DNA from: Parasynechococcus marenigrum WH 8102
GTDB lineage: Bacteria; Cyanobacteriota; Cyanobacteriia; PCC-6307; Cyanobiaceae
Length of the DNA: 32,000 nucleotides
NCBI RefSeq assembly: GCF_000195975.1
Contig: NC_005070.1
Location: forward strand, 270,001-302,000
Direction: 5' to 3'
The notes under the pieces were generated by a model. It ran no database searches, was not told the DNA's origin, and saw only the letters and a list, made by a program, of their open reading frames with translations. This document shows, in pieces, positions 28,059-32,000 of this stretch (position 1 is its first letter; each line of letters begins with the position of its first letter). Position numbers and translations under genes: made by a program.

Positions 28059-28080
28059 AAAAACCCGGGAGTTGCCCGGG
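28059..28080 (-). terminator. Rho-independent terminator candidate downstream of the 28147..28347 gene
   Basis: On the minus strand, CCCGGG-CAACT-CCCGGG is followed by TTTTTCTT. On the plus strand, the stem arms are at 28064..28069 and 28075..28080 and the A-run at 28059..28063. Confidence 0.5.
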
Positions 28081-28146
28081 CCGGGGGATGGGGACTGACG
28101 CAGCAAAACCTGTCGATTCCCCTTTGGCAACCCGCTTGCCAGAGGG

Positions 28147-28347
28147 TCAGCTGGACTCAGCTTTCGCTTTTCTGGACGACTTGCCCTCGAGCAGTTCCAG
28201 AAGGGCTTCCATTTGCGCCATCACACCGCGCACTTCTCCGGACTCAGGTAGTAAGCCGTCTTCCATGACGCCCTGATGCATTTCTCTCAGCTCCTGGCGG
28301 ATGTAGCGCAGGTGACTGACGACCTGCTCACGTTTCGATTGCGACAT
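28147..28347 (-). CDS. Small helical hypothetical protein (66 aa)
   Basis: Track ORF 28147..28353 starts at TTG; the ATG is two codons in, at 28347. MSQSKREQVVSHLRYIRQELREMHQGVMEDGLL...MAQMEALLELLEGKSS is amphipathic-helix rich. It is followed by a hairpin and a terminator. Confidence 0.5.
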   Translation of the reverse strand: MSQSKREQVVSHLRYIRQELREMHQGVMEDGLLPESGEVRGVMAQMEALLELLEGKSSRKAKAESS

Positions 28348-28362
28348 CGACAACAGGAAATT

Positions 28363-28527
28363 TCACTCTTCCCTTTTACCCCATGGTGTGTCATGCCGGT
28401 GGCGAAGCGGACGATTGCCGGCATTCAGCCCTGCCGCCAGGCTGAGCACGGTGAAGGTGAGCAGCGCATCAGGTCGCGCCAGCACCGCAAGCATCACGAC
28501 AACACCGAGGATCCAGCACCGACCCAT
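28363..28527 (-). CDS. Candidate 54-aa hydrophobic small ORF
   Basis: Not in the track. ATG 28527..28525 to TGA 28365..28363 gives MGRCWILGVVVMLAVLARPDALLTFTVLSLAAGLNAGNRPLRHRHDTPWGKREE. Codons are GC3-rich. It lies 19 nt downstream of tRNA-Ala and 15 nt upstream of the next ATG. No SD seen. Confidence 0.3.
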   Translation of the reverse strand: MGRCWILGVVVMLAVLARPDALLTFTVLSLAAGLNAGNRPLRHRHDTPWGKREE

Positions 28528-28546
28528 CGGAACCGCAAGAGTGGTA

Positions 28547-28619
28547 TGGAGAATAGGGGATTCGAACCCCTGACCTCTGCGGTGCGATCACAGCGCTCTA
28601 CCAACTGAGCTAATTCCCC
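28547..28619 (-). tRNA. tRNA-Ala (anticodon CGC); CCA not encoded
   Basis: Minus strand GGGGAATTAGCTCAGTTGGTAGAGCGCTGTGATCGCACCGCAGAGGTCAGGGGTTCGAATCCCCTATTCTCCA. It shows the G3:U70 Ala identity pair, anticodon loop AUCGCAC and T-loop TTCGAAT. 73 nt. Confidence 0.9.
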
Positions 28620-28651
28620 GCGAAGCAACGCTAGCGCTGAGCCACACTTGA

Positions 28652-28900
28652 ATGGTCAGGCCCGATGCAGTGATGACCACCGCTCCAGGATCAGCCACCC
28701 CGATCACCCCCGAACGCCTGGCGCAGTTCGATGAGGAGTCGATCGCCGTGTTGGCGAGACGATTGGACGATGACGACTACCCGACGCCATTTGCAGGGTT
28801 GTCGGACTGGCATCTGCTCCGGGCCCTGGCCATTCATCGCCCTGAACTCACGGCCCCCTACGTGCATTTGGTCGATCAGGAACCTTTTGATGAGGACTGA
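28652..28900 (+). CDS. Small acidic conserved hypothetical protein
   Basis: 82-aa ORF with coding-like codon usage. It overlaps the coaBC start by 11 nt. No motif recognised; I vaguely recall a cyanobacterial DUF upstream of coaBC (unverified). An internal ATG (MTTAPG) is an alternative start. Confidence 0.5.
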   Translation: MVRPDAVMTTAPGSATPITPERLAQFDEESIAVLARRLDDDDYPTPFAGLSDWHLLRALAIHRPELTAPYVHLVDQEPFDED

Positions 28901-30197
28901 GGTCTCCACACCTCTGAAGGGGCGCCGTCTTTTGGTTGCCGTCAGCGGCAGCATCGCTGCTGTGAAAACACCGTTGTTGGTCAGTGCCCTGGTGAAGGCA
29001 GGAGCTGAGGTGCGCTGTTTGGTCACGCCCAGTGCGGCAAAGCTGGTCAGTCCGCTTGCTCTGGCGACCCTGAGTCGCCATCGCTGCTACACCGAGAACG
29101 TTGAATGGGACTCCTCTTGCAGTCGGCCGCTGCACATTGAGCTGGCGGAGTGGGCGGAACTCGTGCTGCTGGCTCCCCTCAGTGCCACGAGCCTCAGTCG
29201 CTGGAGCCAGGGGTCTGCCGATGGCCTTCTCGCCAGCGTCTTACTTGCTTGCGAATGTCCTGTGCTGCCAGCCATCGCCATGAACACGGCGATGTGGAGT
29301 CATCCCGCCGTCCAGCGCAACTGGCAGATCGTGCAGACCTTCCCAGGTGTGGTTCCCCTGATGCCCCAGCCAGGTCTCCTGGCCTGCGATCGCCTCGGTG
29401 AAGGGCGAATGGCGGATCCGATGCTGATCGAGCTGGCGGCCAGCAGCCTGTTCAGCCGCTGCGATGCCGGGCCCGTTGCAACGCAGGACTGGAGCGGACG
29501 CCGACTCCTGGTGTCGGCTGGGCCGACCGTTGAGCCCATCGATCAGGCACGTCTGATCACCAACCGCAGCAGTGGTGCCATGGGCGTGTTGCTGGCCCAA
29601 GCTGCGCGTTTGCGAGGGGCAGAGGTGGTGTTGGTCCACGGCCCTCTGCAGGTGCCGGAGCCCTGGTTGGAATCCCTTCACTGCCATCCGGTCAGCAGCG
29701 CTGCGGAGATGCAGGCGGTGCTGGAGCAGCAGCAGCCCGGTGTGGATGCGATCGCTATGGCGGCAGCGATCGCAGATCTCCGCCGCGATGCAACCGCCAA
29801 CGGCTCTGCAGATGGAAAGGTATCCAAGGCGAACCTGGCGGTTCAGCTCACCGATGGTTGGGAGTTAGTGCCCGATCTGTTGCAGGGTTTGGCTGCCCGG
29901 CGTCCAGCCGGGCAATTGATCCTTGGTTTTGCTGCCTTGACCGGTGATGACAACGTCTTGCGCCGTATCGGAGAGGAGAAGCGACTTCGTAAGGGATGTG
30001 ATCTGTTGCTGGTCAATCCCATTGACCGGCCGGGCCAGGGATTTTCCATGCCCTACAACGGCGGCTGGCTGTTGGGGGATGGATGGACCAAGCAGCTTCC
30101 GGTGACCGGAAAGTTGCAGCTGGCCCATCAGCTGCTGGATACTCTTCTTGACGTCAGCCAGCAAGTCCCGTCGAGTCCTGTCCCAGCAGGTCAATGA
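28890..30197 (+). CDS. coaBC: Bifunctional phosphopantothenoylcysteine decarboxylase / phosphopantothenate-cysteine ligase
   Basis: Track ORF trimmed to the ATG at 28890. N-terminal flavoprotein block RLLVAVSGSIAAVKTPLLVSAL. CoaB block SAGPTVEPIDQARLITNRSSGAMG. Confidence 0.9.
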   Translation: MRTEVSTPLKGRRLLVAVSGSIAAVKTPLLVSALVKAGAEVRCLVTPSAAKLVSPLALATLSRHRCYTENVEWDSSCSRPLHIELAEWAELVLLAPLSATSLSRWSQGSADGLLASVLLACECPVLPAIAMNTAMWSHPAVQRNWQIVQTFPGVVPLMPQPGLLACDRLGEGRMADPMLIELAASSLFSRCDAGPVATQDWSGRRLLVSAGPTVEPIDQARLITNRSSGAMGVLLAQAARLRGAEVVLVHGPLQVPEPWLESLHCHPVSSAAEMQAVLEQQQPGVDAIAMAAAIADLRRDATANGSADGKVSKANLAVQLTDGWELVPDLLQGLAARRPAGQLILGFAALTGDDNVLRRIGEEKRLRKGCDLLLVNPIDRPGQGFSMPYNGGWLLGDGWTKQLPVTGKLQLAHQLLDTLLDVSQQVPSSPVPAGQ

Positions 30198-30459
30198 AGG
30201 TGCGCAACTGAAGCCTTGGGATGTAGGGCCAACCGCCGCTTTTCTCCATGGTTTGGAGCAGAGAAAACAGCTTTTGGCGATTTTCTGGAAGGCTCTGGCG
30301 GAACTGACCCTCCTGCACATCGCGATGGACAGCCTCTAATTCCCGCAGCAGCAGCAGCAGGTTGTCGGGACTGTTCTGTTCCTGATCCGCCAGCGCACGC
30401 AGTTCCTGAAGCAGTGGTGCCAGCCGGTCGTGCAGTGGTTGGTGCTCTTGGCTGTCCAA
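30154..30459 (-). CDS. Hypothetical helical protein (about 101 aa) divergent from psbO; start uncertain
   Basis: This is the C-terminal two-thirds of track ORF 30154..30639. The ATGs of the long form lie inside or beyond the psbO start. A TTG at 30459..30457 is preceded by AGGAG on the minus strand (AGGAGTCCTTTG). The sequence LHDRLAPLLQELRALADQEQNSPDNLLLLLRELEAVHRDVQEG is helical. Confidence 0.4.
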   Translation of the reverse strand: MDSQEHQPLHDRLAPLLQELRALADQEQNSPDNLLLLLRELEAVHRDVQEGQFRQSLPENRQKLFSLLQTMEKSGGWPYIPRLQLRTFIDLLGQDSTGLAG

Positions 30460-30580
30460 AGGACTCCTGAAAGATGTTGAGAGCTGCGAAAGGCTAGCCG
30501 TGATGCCGGTTTGAGCCCTGTAGGATCCGCGACTGACGGTGATCCCCGTCTGTACAGCGTTCAGCCCTCCGGCTTCTCCC

Positions 30581-31411
30581 ATGCGCATCCGTCCTCTGCT
30601 GGCCGTCGTGCTGGCGCTCTGCCTCGCTTTCTTCACCACGGCCTGCAGTGGCGACAGTGAAGCTGTTCAGCGTGGCGCGTCCAACGTCACCTACGACGAC
30701 ATCCACAACACCGGTAAAGCCAACGATTGCCCCACGATTGGCGATTCCGCCCGTGGTTCGATCGCTCTGAGCGTTGGCGGCAGCTACGAACTGCGTGATG
30801 TCTGCATGCATCCCGTGCAGGTGTATGCCAAGGAGGAGCCCAAGAACGTGCGCCAGCAGGCCGAGTTCGTTGAGGGCAAGATTCTGACCCGTTACACCTC
30901 CAGCCTTGACGAGGTCTACGGCGATCTGAAGGTGACCGAGTCCGGACTCGAATTCCAGGAGAAAGGCGGCATCGACTTCCAGCCCATCACCGTTCTGGTG
31001 CCCGGCGGTGAAGAGTTCCCCTTCACCTTCTCCAGCAAGTCGCTCAAGGCCACTGCCGATGGTGACGCTCTGACCACCAGCACGGATTTCGAAGGCACCT
31101 ACCGCACCCCCAGCTACCGCACCAGCAACTTCATCGATCCCAAGGGACGGGCTTTGACAACTGGTGTGCAGTACGCCCAGGGTCTGGTGGCTCTCGGCGG
31201 TGACGACGAGCAGTTGGAGAAGGACAACAACAAGCGCTACATCGATGGCGTCGGCACGATGAGCTTGTCCATCACCAAGGTTGATCCTGAAACCGGTGAG
31301 TTTGCCGGTGTGTTCAGTGCCATTCAGCCCTCCGACTCCGACATGGGCGGCCGTGAAGTGGTGGATATCAAGATCACCGGTGAGCTCTACGGACGGCTTG
31401 AAGAGGCCTGA
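30581..31411 (+). CDS. psbO: Photosystem II manganese-stabilising protein PsbO
   Basis: ATG at 30581 within track ORF 30539..31411. Lipoprotein-like signal MRIRPLLAVVLALCLAFFTTACSG, then TYDDIHNTGKANDCPT, FQEKGGIDFQPITVLVPGGEEFPFTFSSK and SDMGGREVVDIKITGELYGR. Confidence 0.95.
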   Translation: MRIRPLLAVVLALCLAFFTTACSGDSEAVQRGASNVTYDDIHNTGKANDCPTIGDSARGSIALSVGGSYELRDVCMHPVQVYAKEEPKNVRQQAEFVEGKILTRYTSSLDEVYGDLKVTESGLEFQEKGGIDFQPITVLVPGGEEFPFTFSSKSLKATADGDALTTSTDFEGTYRTPSYRTSNFIDPKGRALTTGVQYAQGLVALGGDDEQLEKDNNKRYIDGVGTMSLSITKVDPETGEFAGVFSAIQPSDSDMGGREVVDIKITGELYGRLEEA

Positions 31412-31440
31412 TTCCAACGATCAGTCGTTTCAACGTCATC

Positions 31441-31464
31441 AAGGGGGCTTCGGCCCCCTTTTTT
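31441..31464 (+). terminator. Rho-independent terminator after psbO
   Basis: AAGGGGGC-TTCG-GCCCCCTT is a perfect 8-bp stem with a tetraloop, followed by TTTT. It lies 30 nt after the psbO stop. Confidence 0.8.
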
Positions 31465-31472
31465 GATGCCTG

Positions 31473-31500
31473 GTGACAAATCGCGATGATCTGGGAGAAT
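31473..31500 (+). promoter_or_regulatory. Candidate sigma70-type promoter for sat (GTGACA-N16-GAGAAT, with TG two nt upstream of the -10)
   Basis: GTGACA at 31473..31478, a 16-nt spacer, and GAGAAT at 31495..31500 preceded by TGG. The sat ATG is 22 nt further on. Sequence match only. Confidence 0.3.
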
Positions 31501-31522
31501 CGCCCGGACTTCAGGCCTTGCC

Positions 31523-32000
31523 ATGACCGCCAGCGCACCTGCTTCTGCCCAGCGATCCGGTGTGATTGCTCCCTACGGCGGGTCCCTGGTGGATCTGATG
31601 GTGCCTCAGGAGGAGCGGGAGGCCGTCAAGGCCACGACCACCAAGTCGCTGGAATGCTCCGATCGCAATGCCTGCGATGTGGAACTGCTGGTGGTGGGTG
31701 GTTTCTCCCCCCTCCGCGGCTTCATGCATCAGGAGGACTACGACGCTGTGGTGAGCGGCCATCGCCTGGTGGCCGGTCAGCTGTTCGGGCTGCCGATCGT
31801 GATGGACACCGACCGTGAGGACGTGGTGGTCGGCGACACAGTGCTACTGACGTACAAGGGTCAGAACTTGGCTGTCCTGCAGGTGGAAGCCAAATGGGAA
31901 CCCAACAAGGTGGTCGAGGCCAAGGGTTGTTACGGCACCACATCGATCGAACACCCAGCGGTGCGGATGATCACCATGGAGCGCAAGCGCTTCTACCTGG
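31523..32000 (+). CDS. sat: Sulfate adenylyltransferase (ATP sulfurylase), N-terminal part; the 3' end lies outside the window
   Basis: Not in the track because it runs off the window. ATG at 31523 gives MTASAPASAQRSGVIAPYGGSLVDLMVPQEEREAVKATTTKSLECSDRNACDVELLVVGGFSPLRGFMHQEDYDAVV..., the typical Sat N-terminal PUA-like domain. Confidence 0.9.
   Translation, partial: MTASAPASAQRSGVIAPYGGSLVDLMVPQEEREAVKATTTKSLECSDRNACDVELLVVGGFSPLRGFMHQEDYDAVVSGHRLVAGQLFGLPIVMDTDREDVVVGDTVLLTYKGQNLAVLQVEAKWEPNKVVEAKGCYGTTSIEHPAVRMITMERKRFYL

Noticed and set aside
28276-28608. Plus-strand ORFs 28276..28608 and 28388..28573
   Set aside because: They overlap tRNA-Ala on the opposite strand and are antisense to better-supported minus-strand ORFs. 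The composition is Arg/His-rich and artefact-like.
29748-29773. Two HIP1-type GCGATCGC palindromes 18 nt apart; a few more occur elsewhere (for example near 7095, 7484 and 29387)
   Set aside because: They lie inside coaBC and are explained by Ala-Ile-Ala coding (GCG ATC GC). There are only a handful of copies in 32 kb, with no array structure, so this is not a CRISPR or a repeat element.
30346-30360. (CAG)5 trinucleotide repeat
   Set aside because: It simply encodes LLLLL (CTG x5) in the minus-strand ORF. It is short and in frame, with no evidence of slippage or phase variation.
30494-31417. 307-aa minus-strand ORF covering the whole of psbO
   Set aside because: It is the antisense frame of psbO. 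It is Gly/Ala/Val-rich with no TM or motif content, and psbO on the plus strand explains the open frame.
31486-31818. 110-aa plus-strand ORF at the start of the sat region
   Set aside because: It is out of frame with the clear sulfate adenylyltransferase reading frame that starts at 31523. Its product is Arg/Gly/Cys-rich nonsense.

Overview
This window reads as a compact, high-GC (roughly 60% by eye) core-chromosome segment of a marine Synechococcus-type picocyanobacterium. Supporting genes are psbH/psbN, psbO, ntcA, ictB, crtR and ycf-like ORFs. I can support about 42 protein-coding genes, 2 tRNAs (Leu-UAG, Ala-CGC), 2 intrinsic terminators and one well-formed NtcA-type promoter. All family calls come from motifs I recognise in the translations, because no database search was possible.

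The content is housekeeping:
- Photosystem II: psbN, psbH, psbO.
- Translation and tRNA: pth, ileS, gatC, trmB, rph.
- Nucleotide metabolism: dcd, thyX, pyrB.
- Cell wall and amino sugars: slt, glmM, a GlcNAc-kinase-like gene, ictB.
- Cofactors: a cobO-like gene, coaBC.
- Others: ntcA, NDH-2, crtR, sat.

I see no CRISPR array, rRNA, transposase, integrase, phage gene or recognisable defence/toxin module. I do not find convincing evidence for a novel multi-gene system, and the region looks ordinary.

The leads most worth a second look:
1. Three small ORFs missing from the >=60-aa track: psbN, a 47-aa single-TM ORF coupled to a creatininase-family gene, and a 54-aa hydrophobic ORF after tRNA-Ala.
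2. A CobA/CobO-like protein whose Walker-A P-loop is not conserved.
3. All nine convergent gene junctions overlap or abut, including a 168-nt overlap between the slt tail and a membrane ORF.
4. A textbook NtcA promoter for ntcA that shares nucleotides with the rph stop codon.
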